DNA of 64,000 nucleotides from Macrostomum hystrix (GCA_950097015.1 CATNEN010000039.1:3782001-3846000); one strand, 5' to 3'. Positions 49,084-62,508 are shown, numbered from the stretch's first letter. Numbers and translations are program-made. The notes: a model not told the origin generated them from the sequence alone.

Positions 49084-49578
49084 TTTACGGGTCTGAAGCG
49101 TCGTCCAGATAGAGGTGTCTTTTAGTTTGTATTTTCTATTTATAGTCGTTTAATTTTGGTTCATATTTGATGATTTTTCTGATATCTGATAATTTTCGAG
49201 TCCAGAGTCCGTTCTCATATCGCAACAGTTGCACTGGCTCAGTGAGTTAGGCGGCATGTGGCTTAGCCTGCAGTATTGCTGTCGAAATCCGTCTGTTCTG
49301 CAATGCATACTTTATCTTCGATTTGTTATTACACTCTGCTTTCAGTCATTTGCTGTTGTTTTTTCTGTAGCCTTTCTGTACGTGTTGTAGATAGCTGTGT
49401 CTTTTTTATTTGATTCATTTTGTCCGAAATCCGTTAACATGTACTAATTATTGTTTTTCCTTTCAGAAGAGCTCTCTATTCAAGGCTGGTTGCACTTTTT
49501 TAGATTCAATCTTAAACAGAAATTTTTCGCACTTGATTTCCTCCTCCCCCTTTCTGACATAAACCGTTCACTTTTTCC

Positions 49579-50330
49579 CCTAAATGTCCTGTTAGCCTGC
49601 CCCAAATGTACATATCCTGTCGGCTTGCCCCAAATGTACATGTCCTGTCGGCCTGCCCCAAATGTACATGTCCTGTTAGCCTGCCCCAAACGTTCATGTC
49701 CTGTCGGCCTGCCCCAAATGTACATGTCCTGTGGGCCTGCCCCAAATGTACATGTCCTGTTAGCCTGCCCCAAACGTACATGTCCTGTCGGCCTGCCACA
49801 AATATACATGTCCTGTCGGCCTGCCCCAAACGTACATGTCCTGTCGGCCTGCCACAAATATACATGTCCTGTTAGCCTGCCCCAAATGTACATGTCCTGT
49901 CGGCCTGCCCCAAATGTACATGTCCTGTGGGCCTGCCCCAAATGTACATGTCCTGTTAGCCTGCCCCAAACGTACATGTCCTGTCGGCCTGCCACAAATA
50001 TACATGTCCTGTCGGCCTGCCCCAAACGTACATGTCCTGTCGGCCTGCCACAAATATACATGTCCTGTTAGCCTGCCCCAAATGTACATGTCCTGTCGGC
50101 CTGCCCCAAACGTACATGTCCTGTCGGCCTGCCCCAAACGTACATGTCCTGTCGGCCTGCCACAAATATACATGTCCTGTTAGCCTGCCCCAAATGTACA
50201 TGTCCTGTCGGCCTGCCCCAAACGTACATGTCCTGTCGGCCTGCCACAAATATACATGTCCTGTTAGCCTGCCCCAAATGTACATGTCCTGTCGGCCTGC
50301 CACAAATATACATGTCCTGCTGCCCCAAAT
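49579..50330. repeat. Minisatellite, 28-bp unit GCCTGCCCCAAATGTACATGTCCTGTCG, ~27 copies
   Basis: Direct inspection; downstream of the IQSEC stop. Confidence 0.95.
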
Positions 50331-51373
50331 GAACTATACAGGGCACAACGAGCATGAGTTATGTATTTTTTAGATTAAATTTTTGACACTAAAACATTAC
50401 ATTTTTTAAGCAAGCGGTCACAGTGACTTACTCAGTTGCATTATAACCTTTGAAACCGAACTGTCTGTGAATTATCCTAGTGCAGTAAGCTCAAATCTCT
50501 TGCTATTCGTTTCCTAACTTAAAAACAATTAAATTTTTCTCCTTTTGATTTTCTCGCCACTTTCTATTCTAATACTACTGAGGAAGTTTGGCTCAGTCAG
50601 TAGTCAGGGCAGATGTTTTTTGTTGTTTCTGGTCTTCCTTTGTGTTGTATTCTTTGCAAAACACCATCCGTTACCATGAGCTTAGAGACAGATGATAAAT
50701 AATTCGCACCCTGTGTCACTCCAGACCAAACTGCTGATGTTTTCATTTCTACTCAAGAAGACGAAAATAATGATTAAAGTAATTTCTTGCTGTGTCATAA
50801 ATTTTTATTTCAATGCCTGCCAGGTTTGCCTGTGTCAGTATCAAAACATTTTTCCTCAAATAGTCACCTACGCCCATTGCAGGGGCGAGATCAGTAACGA
50901 ATGCCTACCTGATTATAGCTATTATTACTCATACCAGTGCTTTTTTACTAACTTCTCTCTAGTCTCATTTGTGTTCGTTTGTTCAATTAGTTTTTTTTGA
51001 TAATCCACTTTTTGCATGTATTTTTGTTCTAAACCCGGAAACTTAGATAATTAAACTAACCACATTTTTGTACATTAATTATTGATCTTTTTGTTATTTT
51101 GCGGATCTTTTGTTAAACTGCATGAGTCGACTTTGCGATTTCTCAGGTAGCTTTTGTTAACTTTTGATCTAATATCTAAGGTCTATATTTTCTAAGTCTC
51201 TATTATTTTTCTTTGGTCTGCGGTCCTAGCCTAGCTTGGCAGTCAGATAACTATCATTGGAAACCAAGGACTTCCATATAACGAGGGCTTCCCGATTTCC
51301 AGGAAACTCACTGGCTTTCAAATTTAACGGAAACCTAAAATTCTTTATTTCTCAAAAACAGTCAAATCTTCTA

Positions 51374-51789
51374 CTTCCCTACTTCCTGGAAACCTAAGCT
51401 TCCCTACTTCCTGGAAACCTAAGCTTCCCTACTTCCTGGACACCTAAGCTTCGCTACTTCCTGGACACCTAAGCTTCCCTACTTCCTGGACACCTAAGCT
51501 TCCCTACTTCCTGGACACCTAAGCTTCCCTACTTCCTGGAAACCTAAGCTTCGCTACTTCCTGGACACCTAAGCTTCCCTACTTCCTGGACACCTAAGCT
51601 TCCCTACTTCCTGGACACCTAAGCTTCCCTACTTCCTGGACACCTAAGCTTCCCTACTTCCTGGACACCTAAGCTTCCCTACTTCCTGGACACCTAAGCT
51701 TCCCTACTTCCTGGACACCTAAGCTTCCCTACTTCCTGGACACCTAAGCTTCCCTACTTCCTGGACACCTAAGCTTCCCTACTTCCTGG
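51374..51789. repeat. Minisatellite, 25-bp unit CTTCCCTACTTCCTGGACACCTAAG, ~16 copies
   Basis: Direct inspection. Confidence 0.95.
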
Positions 51790-52484
51790 CCGAAGTGTTA
51801 ATCAGCGCAGATCTGTGTAAAAGTTTTTCCTTCTTCAAATCGCTTAATTTTCTTGCACTCGCAACTATTGCTGAATTTTGTTAAATCTCTGGATTCTAAA
51901 TCATTTTCCTATATTTTCTTTTGTCCGTCTTTTTGGCATTGCTTTTTTAAACATGAATTAAAGATAGATTTTTATCGCTAGTTATCAGTTCCGCAGAATT
52001 TCATAACTTTCAAAGCAAGCCTCCCCTGTTTGGCTCTACCCTACCGCATACAACATGTGCATTATCACATGTAATCAGCTGGCAACGATTCTTATTCTAT
52101 TATTTAGCTTTGCTTCGCGTTGTTTGCAATTTTTTGTTTGTTTAATTTCGTCCGTATCAACCGTACTGCTTTCCTTAGTTTTATTTCAGACTGATAAAAA
52201 ATTAACTACGCCTTACTCACCATAGCCTCACTTTTATCACTCATTCACTAAAACTGTTGATATATTAATGTGAGCCGTCATTTATATTAATAATTCTCAA
52301 TTGTCGGGTGTATGCGTGGCAGGCTGTGTGCCTCTTGTCTGTAAAATAAATTGACGCAAGGTTATTACAGGACAAGACAGGAGCTATGTGGGTCATCCAC
52401 TTCCTATGTTATGCATATTATGTTCTATGAAATTTTTTTTTATTCCATTTTGTCTTATTATTTTTCTGCCATGTTGATTTATAC

Positions 52485-52951
52485 CAGGGGTCGGCAAACT
52501 CCGTCCCGCGGGCCAGATGCGGCCCTCGAAGCTCCCAAATCCGGCCCGTTGCCCCTTCCGAAAGCTGCAGTATCCTGTTTCATCTTTCCCCTGTCTCTTC
52601 TCTCCCGTGTCTCATCTCTTCCGTGTCTTATCCCTCCCGTGTCTCATCTCTCCGCTGTCTCATCTCTCATGTGTCTCATCTCTCCCGCGTCTCATCTCTC
52701 CCGCGTCTCATCTCTCCGCTATCTTATCTCTCCGCCGTCTCATCTCTCCGCCTTCTAATCTCTCCCATGTCTCATCTCTCCCGCGTGTCATCTCTCCTAG
52801 GTCTCATCTCTCCTGTGTGTCATCTCTCCGCTGTCTCATCCCTCCCGTGTCTTATCTCTCCCCTTTCTCATATTTCTACAGTCAATGCGACCCGCTATCG
52901 TCTTTTAGGTTCTCTTTTTGGCCCACTAGCTAATAAGTTTGCCGACCCCTG
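52485..52951. mobile_element. hAT (Charlie/SPIN-type) non-autonomous element with an internal ~18-bp repeat
   Basis: Perfect 16-bp TIR CAGGGGTCGGCAAACT / AGTTTGCCGACCCCTG; 8-bp TSD ATTTATAC at 52477-52484 and 52952-52959; subterminal GCGGGCC/GGCCC motifs. Confidence 0.92.
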
Positions 52952-54552
52952 ATTTATACGCTCGTATTAGGTAAGATTTTGGGATTTTCGGTTGATCGTT
53001 AACGTTTTAAACAGTAGGAATAGCGTGCTGTTCCCCCTGTGGAAAGACCACGGTGGAAATACCCGCTGGCTACTTCACGAAAGTCAACCATCTGAATAAA
53101 AAATGCCGCCCTTTACGATGAACTAATGTTCAAAGCCGTCCGCGTCAGCATCGTCGGGATATTCAGCGATGTCGAAGACACTCGGGACAAGGACAACTAA
53201 CATTGCCCTGCATGAACCTCTATGGCGAACCCTCATTGGTTCGAAATGTGCCGTTCAATATGTCTCTAAAAAATAAACATCAAGTCAACCAGATGCGCTT
53301 TGTCAATAGTTACAATAATTTTATATTTTACTCATACAAGCTAATATTATCATGTGTCTGCGACAGGTTATGATTTACTGGGATATTTTCAAACAATAAG
53401 ACTGTAAATAAAGTAGGGTCCCATTGTACTGTCTGCCAGGCTGTAGCAGTAAGCATTAGGAAAATGGACATTTATAAAACAAAGGACCTAATACATAATG
53501 TGGTAGCAATAAGAACAGTAATGGCAGAGCAACTTTACTTACTGATACACTGGTTTAAACAATCTGGGGAAATGTTTGAAGGCAATTTTTGCCGACAGAT
53601 TTTTCACTGAGTGCGAGGGATTTCCAGCTTACTGATAATCCGGATGTCTGAAACTAGATAAATAGGGCTTGACCATAGACGATAAGAGCGACTGAAGCTC
53701 CGGCAAAAAAAGTCTTCAATTTGATTTAAAATCGTTGATACAATTCTTTCTGCTCGAAGTCTTAGGTAGTAGTGTGGTGCAAATCTTTTACGAACCAGAA
53801 AAATTGGTTGCAATAAAATCCTATAATTTGTGTCTGAATACAATGCTGCGTATTGTGTCGGAGTGCTGCGTAGACGATCTAATATGCAAGACAAAAATGA
53901 GATAAGCTAAATGGACATTGCTGCAATAGAGATTGAATGTCATAATGCATCATTCAGGCAAGCGAACTTAATTTGGTTGAGAGGAAAACATTTTTAATTT
54001 TCGTCAGAACTCTTATCAGGTGATCTGAGTTTAGACTACGATTGTACGAATTCAAAACCCACTCCAAAGTATCATGAATGCACGCAGCGTTTACGCTCTT
54101 GATATTTATGGTAGTCTGCTTAATCAGCAAGCTCTCAGGAAAACTCATTAAAAGCAGTACGATTTATATAAGAAATAGCAAAAACAACAGATGAATTGGA
54201 CGCAACTTAGTGAAAATTTGGTTTTTAATTTGATTGGTTCTACTGTCAATTGGTTCTACTGTGACTCACTGTCAATTTGATTAGCGACAGTAAGTCACGT
54301 GTGGGATTTCCCACAAGCTCGTCTAAAAATAGCAACTGCCGATACCTGCTTGACCAATCAAATTTTAACTACCAGTTTGTACCAGAATTGCGATCAATCG
54401 GTCCTAGAAGTAAAAATCAAATCATCATGTTTAGCGAGCACAGTAAAATCTATTACTGCTGTAGATGTAAACTAACTATTTTGTAAACACGTCGCGTCGG
54501 TACTATTGATTGCTCTGCCGACGCAAGCTCAAAGTCGTCGGAACTGGCTTGA

Positions 54553-54632
54553 TTACTGCAGACGCCTCACCAGGTAGATGATGCCAACTGCTGTTAGCAG
54601 CCGGCTAATGCTAACAATGGAAGCCTGGCGAG
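54553..54632 (-). CDS. Gene 3 last exon (hydrophobic C-terminal tail, GPI-signal-like)
   Basis: ARQASIVSISRLLTAVGIIYLVRRLQ*; minus-strand acceptor CTTTGCAG; phase-1 entry. Confidence 0.7.
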
Positions 54633-54975
54633 CTGCAAAGTATTGCAAATGTAATAATTCTATAATAAGATAAAACTTTTTATCTTCAGACAGTGTACAC
54701 TCGCACTGTGCCTTCGGGCAGGCCCTCGTCGGCATAAATTACACGACAAGCCCCAAAGCCTACCGCTCCCCGGCTCCACTTTGGTGTGAGAGTTGGTCAT
54801 GTTACCGCTACTGCAACTCAAACCCTACCGAATGTGAGATTGAACTTTAGTCAACTGAATTAACATACAAGAACAAATGTATCTCAAATCTTGGTGAGTT
54901 TAATCAAAATCTTGGGGTGAGAGAAGTCATTAGAAATTGATCATTTGCTTTAAAAAATCATTTCCAGTTTTTTAC

Positions 54976-55047
54976 CGGCGTCAAGTGGCTGCTCGTCGAA
55001 CTGCGGCTTCGCGAACACCGGATTCCGAGGATCGTTGTACGCGCCGT
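54976..55047 (-). CDS. Gene 3 short exon (DGAYNDPRNPVFAKPQFDEQPLDA)
   Basis: Acceptor ACAACAG, donor GTAAAA; phase 1/1. Not in the ORF track. Confidence 0.72.
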
Positions 55048-55209
55048 CTGTTGTGATGTGAAGTTTATAGATTGGCTGGTTTACATTTTTCAAAAACAAA
55101 AGCTATCTAAAGATTGTTAGAAAGCAGAGAGCGCTTCTACCGATCGATGGCCTGGGGGGGTTGAAATGCTAGTCCTATATACTAATAAAAGGCAGACACC
55201 CCTGCCTAC

Positions 55210-55408
55210 CACTCTCCCTGGCCGTGTGAACTTGCACGTGCTCGGAGAACTTGCTGCAGCCATGCTTGTTGCAGGCCTGCAGGCTGATGTTGTGCACGGT
55301 GTCCGGACTCAGGTTGAACACGAGGTCCTTGGCGGTTCTGAGGCGCCTGCTCTCATCGTCTGTCTGTTTGACACTCTCGAGACGCTGCTCAGTTTTATTG
55401 ACGGTAGC
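55210..55408 (-). CDS. Gene 3 exon, C-terminal half of a fibronectin type III domain
   Basis: LVFNLSPDTVHNISLQACNKHGCSKFS matches the FN3 L-P-T-Y-x-A-N-G-S pattern; phase 0/1. Confidence 0.82.
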
Positions 55409-55449
55409 CTTTAGCAATTAGAGAGGAGAGGGTGAAAAATATTTCTAAC

Positions 55450-55760
55450 CAGAGCGGTTCGCTGGCGCAGCGACGCGTCTTGCCCACGAGTCCCTGAGCT
55501 CGAATCCGCATCGAGGCCACATTAATTTGAGTGGTGCGCAGCCACATAGTGGAAGCTTGGGGGCCCGGCGTAAAATTGTACGCCTATTAGGGCCAAGCCC
55601 CTTGCACAGGCAGTGTGTGCAGTGCCTGATGACGAATGCTTGTGTACTCAGGAGTCCTCAGAATGAGCACGAAAAATTGCCTCTCCGATGGCTTCTCATT
55701 GACTTTTGCCAAGTGATGCATCAGTGCCCAGCGCCATTTTAGTCTATGATTGATATTATT
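55450..55760 (+). mobile_element. Diverged relative of the tRNA-derived SINE
   Basis: GTCCCTGAGCTCGAATCC (B-box-like), GAGGCCACATT, GCGCAGCC, GCTTGGGGGC and CTCAGGAGTC are colinear with 58083-58446; another minus-strand fragment lies near 54690-54780. Confidence 0.6.
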
Positions 55761-57534
55761 CGTTTGGGCAGTCGCAATACTCAATACCTTTTGGCTTTTA
55801 TAATAAATCCTACTCACTACTATGTCAGTAGCATCTAAGAAGGAATATGCTTCAAAATAATGTGAAATTTTCCACTGTCGAAGCCTTCGCTGCCAATTCG
55901 AAGAATAGCTTCTGTTGTCTATAGGGGCATGGAATTTTACAATGCTCCTTCCTGCATTACAGAGCCTGTGGGTCTGGAATGGGCCTAGGTTTCACACTGT
56001 CTGTTGCTGCGTCCAATACGAAACGCATTGGCAGAGGCATCGCTGCTATGGTACAGAAGGTCCCATAGAGATAGTTTTTGTTGTTGGGTGTCTTGCCCAA
56101 ACAAGACAGGTTTGAAGCCTCGATTTAAATCTTCCTCACCAACAGAGTTTTTTCTTAGAATAGTTTGGAGCGCAAAAAATTATTATTATACTACGAAGGA
56201 ATTTTCTGTTAGTGGATTTTAATCGGAGATTTGAAGGGGCCTATACGGTCCAAAGCCCCGCCTTGCTCATAAATATTCGCCACTTCCCGGAGCTCCTTCT
56301 CACACCGGGCCTTATGCCAATGCGTCCCAATAAATTTATGCAATCCCCGGCATTTCCTTGAAACAAGCCTGGCTGACACGCGGTCTGTTCGTTACGTAAT
56401 GCCAGCGGTGGCATGGGCGAGGCCGAGGTCGCACGGTTCAGAAAGAACCATCGGAGCGGACTTCTCTGTATAATACATACACAAAAGCAAAAAATGGGAC
56501 TCTAAATTGCTTTTTTTGCGAGCAGAAATGAGAGAGAGCCCGCTCGGAGGGCAGATGGGGCCGGTGGAGGCTGGGGTGCTTGTGAGGCCAATGGGTCGAG
56601 TGCTCGCTCCGCCACTCTCCAGTGCTCAGAGCTCAGCGAAAATCAGAAATTAACTCTCCCAACCCCTCTGTCTGTCTCTCGGCCCCACAATCTCGCCTCA
56701 TATCCGGGGGATAACTGGCTTTGGTTTTTCCATAGGCTCCGCTTTGACGCTTGGACGGAGTAAAAAACCTGCATTGGCTGGGTTCCGGGGAAACAATTAA
56801 ATCGTTGCTGATTCGAAAAACAGAAAATTACTTTTTAGAGGGACCGTAGCTGCTAGTTCTAAGTGTCTATGGTGACGGTGGCACGTTTAGTGGAAGGCTC
56901 TTCGAAGTCTGATTGGCTAACTAAGAGTTGACTTTGCGCTATTTTTAGAATCGCCTAGCGGAAAGCCCACAACCAGAGCGCACGTGATTGGCCTTGAGAG
57001 CCAATCAATTTCAAGACCGATTTAAATGAATCAAAATTTGCTAGACATTAGAAAATTCTGAATTCGCGTTGAAGAGAAAAAACCTAATTTTGGGATATTT
57101 CTTGAAACGGGCTCCGAAACTTGGCTTCTATGATAAAAATTGATTTGCATGCAACTCTCGCGATCCTACCAAGCGAAAGTTCCCAGTAAGCAATGTAGCT
57201 ACTTTATCCTCGGTGAGCAAACTGTTTATTTAAAAGGATCTGATCTGCCCTGTAAACTATTGCTGTACTTCTGTCTCCTCTTTATCGGTATCGCTAAAAT
57301 AATCAATCAATCAGTCTGGCGGACTGGTTTTACCTCCCAGCCGAATCGCCCACTGGGACTGAGGCGGGTCGACTGTCCACTCGGCCTCTCTGGAATCACG
57401 TTCACCCAATCTCTCTCTCCTCGACCCCTGTCTGTCTGGCATCAATCACTTTAAAGGGAGCCTAAATTTATATGCCGAATGCATCCCAGCATTGCATATC
57501 TAGTGTCTATGGTACACTAGAAAAGTACTACCGA

Positions 57535-58505
57535 GGGTGGAGTAGTGTTGGTAGGGTTAGAGTAGAGTAGTGTGGGTTGGGTTGGAGTGGAGTAGTGTGG
57601 GTAGGGTTGGAGTGGAGTAGTGTGGGTTGGGTTGGAGTGGAGTAGTGTGCGTAGGGTTGGAGTGGAGTAGTGTGGGTAGGGTTGGAGTGGAGTAGTGTGG
57701 GTAGGGTTGGAGTGGAGTAGTGTGCGTAGGGTTAGAGTGGAGTAGTGTGGGTAGGGTTGGAGTGGAGTAGTGTGCGTAGGGTTGGAGTGGAGTAGTGTGG
57801 GTTGGGTTGGAGTGGAGTAGTGTTGGTAGGGTTGGAGTGGAGTAGTGTGGGTTGGGTTGGAGTGGAGTAGTGTGGGTAGGGTTGGAGTGGAGTAGTGTGG
57901 GTAGGGTTGGAGTGGAGTAGTGTGCGTAGGGTTAGAGTGGAGTAGTGTGGGTAGGGTTGGAGTGGAGTAGTGTGGGTAGGGTTGGAGTGGAATAGTGTGG
58001 GTTGGGTTGGAGTGGAGTAGTGTGGGTAGGTTTGGAGTGGAGTAGTGTGGGTAGGTTTGGAGTGGAGTAGTGTGGGTAGGTTAATAATAATAATAAGTGC
58101 AGGAGGGCTGCGGGCAATGACACATAGTTTGGTGACACTAGACCCGCAGCCAGCGAGGAGGCAATTCTGCCCATTTCGCTGACTCCTGAGCACACACGCA
58201 CACAGATACCGTACGCAGGCATACGCTCACACAGGTGTGTACATCTGCCCTGACTTTCTCATCGTCAGGCAGTGTACACTCTCACTGTGCCTTGGAGGTT
58301 GGCCCTCAAGGGCGTGAATTGCATGACAAGCCCCCAAGCCTTCTCTCCGCGGCTGCGCCCCAAATAAATGTGGCCTCGCCGTGGAATCGAACTTAGGGAC
58401 CGTGGTGCGAGTGGCAAACGCGTTAACCGCTCTGCCACCGACCCCCTAGTGTGGGTAGGTTTGGAGTGGAGTAGTGTGGGTAGGGTTGGAGTGGAGTAGT
58501 GTAGG
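57535..58505. repeat. G-rich minisatellite, 25-bp unit GTGTGGGTAGGGTTGGAGTGGAGTA, interrupted by a SINE
   Basis: Direct inspection; the array resumes at 58447. Confidence 0.93.
58083..58446 (-). mobile_element. Full-length tRNA-derived SINE (~364 bp) with (TTA)n tail
   Basis: On the minus strand: GGGGGTCGG start, A box TGGCAGAGCGG, B box AGTTCGATTCC, tail TTATTATTATTATT; 15-bp flanking duplication TAGTGTGGGTAGGTT (58068-58082 and 58447-58461); related copies elsewhere in the window. Confidence 0.85.
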
Positions 58506-58990
58506 GTGTAGTGTGTTCCATGTAATACTTTGGCCAGGAATGCGGATACCAGACAGTGGGATGAAGGCATTCAGAGAGAAATAAGTAGGGCTAGTATCCT
58601 GCCAGATCCCCCGGACCCCCGGCAGTGCGATCAATTTCCCACGTGTCATTAGCCAAGGCGGCGGCCCCGGCTTAACTGACTGGGCTGACAAGACCCACAG
58701 GCTCATTAGCCCCGCCTGCTTTTGCACTTTTAACCACCCTTTAGCGTCTAGGGCGCCACAGGGAGTAGGGAGACAGCAGACTGCGGGAATTAAATCCCTC
58801 TTTGTTGACGCTGCATCCTCTACATGTACGGTCACGGATAGCTAGGATGGCATCTGGGGGTAATCAATGGGGAAAATTCCTAAGAGTTCGTTGATACGCA
58901 CACTTTCAATTCCTCTAGTTTAGAAAATCCTGAAATACCTGCACGATTCTTGTTGCCAGGCAAGACAGTTTGTCAGATAGGCGCCGACTG

Positions 58991-59966
58991 AACACATTCA
59001 CTAACATTCAACACATTCACTAACATTCAACACATTCACTAACATTCAACACATTCACTAACATTCAACACATTCACTAACATTCAACACATTCACTAAC
59101 ATTCAACACATTCACTAACATTCAACACATTCACTAACATTCAACACATTCACTAACATTCAACACATCCACTAACATTCAACACATTCACTAACATTCA
59201 ACACATTCACTAACATTCAACACATTCACTAACATTCAACACATTCACTAACATTCAACACATTCACTAACATTCACACACATTCACTAACATTCAACGC
59301 ATTCACAAACATTCAACACATTCACTAACATTCAACACATTCACTAACATTCAACACATTCACTAACATTCAACACATTCACTAACATTCAACACATTCA
59401 CTAACATTCAACACATTCACTAACATTCAACACATTCACTAACATTCAACACATTCACTAACATTCAACACATTCACTAACATTCAACACATTCACTAAC
59501 ATTCAACACATTCACTAACATTCAACACATTCACTAACATTCAACACATTCACTAACATTCAACACATTCACTAACATTCAACGCATTCACAAACATTCA
59601 ACACATTCACTAACATTCAACACATCCACTAACATTCACACACATTCACTAACATTCAACGCACTCACTAACATTCACACTCATTCTCACTTATTCACAC
59701 TCATTCTCACTTATTCACACTCATTCTCACTTATTCACACTCATTCTCACTTATTCACACTCATTCTCACTTATTCACACTCATTCTCACTTATTCACAC
59801 TCATTCTCACTTATTCACACTCATTCTCACTTATTCACACTCATTATCACTTATTCACACTCATTCTCACTTATTCACACTCATTCTCACTTATTCACAC
59901 TCATTCTCACTTATTCACACTCATTCTCACTTATTCACACTCATTCTCACTTATTCACACTCATTC
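58991..59966. repeat. Two fused minisatellites: 19-bp AACACATTCACTAACATTC then 20-bp TCATTCTCACTTATTCACAC
   Basis: Direct inspection; transition at about 59670. Confidence 0.95.
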
Positions 59967-60594
59967 CGATGCTTCGTAAGTATCAGTAGAAACTCAGGGT
60001 GAGTGCTGCTCGCCAGAGTGTCGCAGTGAATGTGAATTCAGTGGCGCGGGGCCCAATTTCGTTCCTCACAAACAATGCGCATATTTTGGCACTGAAATTG
60101 CATTCCGTCAATCACGGAATTCGGGTCACCATCTGGGGGCATGAATAAACCTTATTTTACATCGGCGACGAGGACAAAGACAAAGCCAGGGGGCGGTAGC
60201 AAAATATCGGGCTCGCGATAACTGGGATCAGATAACTGGGCGCAATGGCCCGAAGGAAGTTGCATCATCTGTTTGGAATTCTCCATTCCTTAATTTGGAG
60301 TATTCGGTTCAGCTGCCAGAGGGAAGGGCCCGTGTTTATTTGGTCTGTTGCGCGGCCATTGTCTGGTATTTGCGGGTGTTTCCAGGTCAACTGTTACCGC
60401 GCCACAATCGGCCTTCGACTTGGCTTTCTTGGATCGTGTCGGCACTCCGAATCCAGGTGGGAATAAAAAGCATTGTTGCTAGTAACCATTTGACCTTCAC
60501 CGGCCGCCTCGGGGTGTCAAGAGCCCGCGCCTTGAACACACACACCAGTTGCTCTGGGTCGCTTGCTTCACAACAGCCTAGTGCTGCTGCCTAA

Positions 60595-61000
60595 AAGAGG
60601 GAGAAGGGAGAAACGGAGGGAAAGGGAGAAAAGAAGAGAAAGGGAGAAACGGGGGAGAAGGGAGAAGAGGAGGGAAAGAAGAGAAAAAAGGAAAAGGGAG
60701 AAAAGAAGGGAAAGGGAGAAAAGGGGGAGAAGGGAGAAAAGGGGGAGAAGGGAGAAAAGAGGGAGAAGGGAGAAACGGAGGGAGAAGGGAGACACGGAGG
60801 GAAAGGGAGTAAAGAAGAGAAAGGGAGAAACGGGGGAGAAGGGAGCAGAGGAGGGAAAAGGGAGAAAAGAAGGGAAAGGGAGAAAAGGGGGAGAAGGGAG
60901 AAACGGAGGGAGAAGGGAGAAAAGGGGAAGAAGGGAGAAAAGGGGGAGAAGGGAGAAAAGGGGAAGAAGGGAGAAAAGAAGGGAAAAGGGAGAAAATGCG
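60595..61000. repeat. Polypurine low-complexity tract (GGGAGAA-based)
   Basis: About 400 bp almost entirely G/A. Confidence 0.9.
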
Positions 61001-61546
61001 AGAGAATAGAGAATGTGATGGAGAAGGGAGAGATGATAGAAGGGAGAGAAGTGAGAGGGATAGACGGGAGAAGGGAAGATTGTATAGGAGACTGAGGAAT
61101 TTGAATGAATAGGAGAAGATACGATGGCACAGAGGGTTAGAAACACGATTAAGGATAATGGAAAAAACATGTGGCTTACGTTAGAAAAGTGAAAGACACA
61201 AAGAGGAATGCTATTGAGTCACAAAGTTCAACTTTAAGTGAAAGCCTACTGGCTATGCAAGTTGTCCATTGGGACTATTCATGTACATCGAGACAGCGGA
61301 GCTTGATTTACAACCAAGCGGCTTCTGCTCCCGAAACCGCCGCCGCCAACATCGCCAAGGAAGGGAAGATCAATCAATAAATTGGCTCCGGCCGCATTGC
61401 TAAAAAGGGAATCTAGCTCCGCCTGTCCCATCTCCCATTATGGCCGGCCCTTCTTGTTGTCCAAAAGAAGCAATCGCTTGGGCAAAAGGAATGAGGCGGG
61501 CAAAACTAGGTATCAGGTAATTATCGGCTTGCGCCTACCTGTGTCT

Positions 61547-61614
61547 GCACACACACGCACACACGCACACACACACACGCACACACACACACACACACGC
61601 ACACACACACACAC
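61547..61614. repeat. (CA)n microsatellite with CG interruptions
   Basis: Direct inspection. Confidence 0.9.
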
Positions 61615-61883
61615 CAACTATTACAAAGTAAGTACCAATGAGTCACTGATGGGTTCCCATTTCATGTTGTTAGGTCATCCAGCCATCTGGGAATCTTAAT
61701 GCTGTCTCCAGACAGTTGATAGTAGGCTTCTGATACCCGTAAGGGGACATCTTGAAGGTAGGGAAAAGTTTTTGAAAGCTACTTTACTGATCGGGTCAGT
61801 TAGTGACGGATGACATCAGCTTGCGTAGTGACTAATCGAAACTTGAAGGAATTATTTTGCGCGCCAAAGTTTCCCCGCCAAAG

Positions 61884-62309
61884 TTTCCTCCGACTAGCCA
61901 GGGTAGGGAACGGAACTTTCCTCCGACTAGCCAGGGTAGGGAACGGAACTTTCCTCCGACTAGCCAGGGTAGGGAACGGAACTTTCCTCCGACTAGCCAG
62001 GGTAGGGAACGGAACTTTCCTCCGACTAGCCAGGGTAGGGAACGGAAGTTTCCCCCGACTAGCCAGGGTAGGGAACGGAAGTTTCCCCCGACTAGCCAGG
62101 GTAGGGAACGGAAGTTTCCCCCGACTAGCCAGGGTAGGGAACGGAAGTTTCCCCCGACTAGCCAGGGTAGGGAACGGAAGTTTCCCCCGACTAGCCAGGG
62201 TAGGGAACGGAAGTTTCCCCCGACTAGCCAGGGTAGGGAACGGAAGTTTCCCCCGACTAGCCAGGGTAGGGAACGGAAGTTTCCCCCGACTAGCCAGGGT
62301 AGGGAACGG
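61884..62309. repeat. Minisatellite, 33-bp unit TTCC(T/C)CCGACTAGCCAGGGTAGGGAACGGAA(C/G)T, ~13 copies
   Basis: Direct inspection. Confidence 0.95.
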
Positions 62310-62508
62310 CTGACAGACTCGACCTGTAAATCTACCTGTAAAAGGGACCCAAATTAACCTGTGAAACAGACCCAAATTTACCTTGTTAACTGACCCAGAT
62401 TTTCGGCGCTAATGACCTGAAGTCTACGGTATAAAGCTGGCCAAACAGTAGCCCCATTTCTGACCCAATATTTCATTTACTGACCCATCCAGCAATGGGA
62501 AAACTCAC

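Noticed and set aside
49451-50373. Cys-rich, metallothionein-like ORFs
   Set aside because: Translation of a 28-bp non-coding minisatellite cycling through frames.
58375-58446. Possible tRNA gene
   Set aside because: It has A and B boxes but continues into a 290-bp body with a (TTA)n tail and dispersed relatives, so it is a SINE head.
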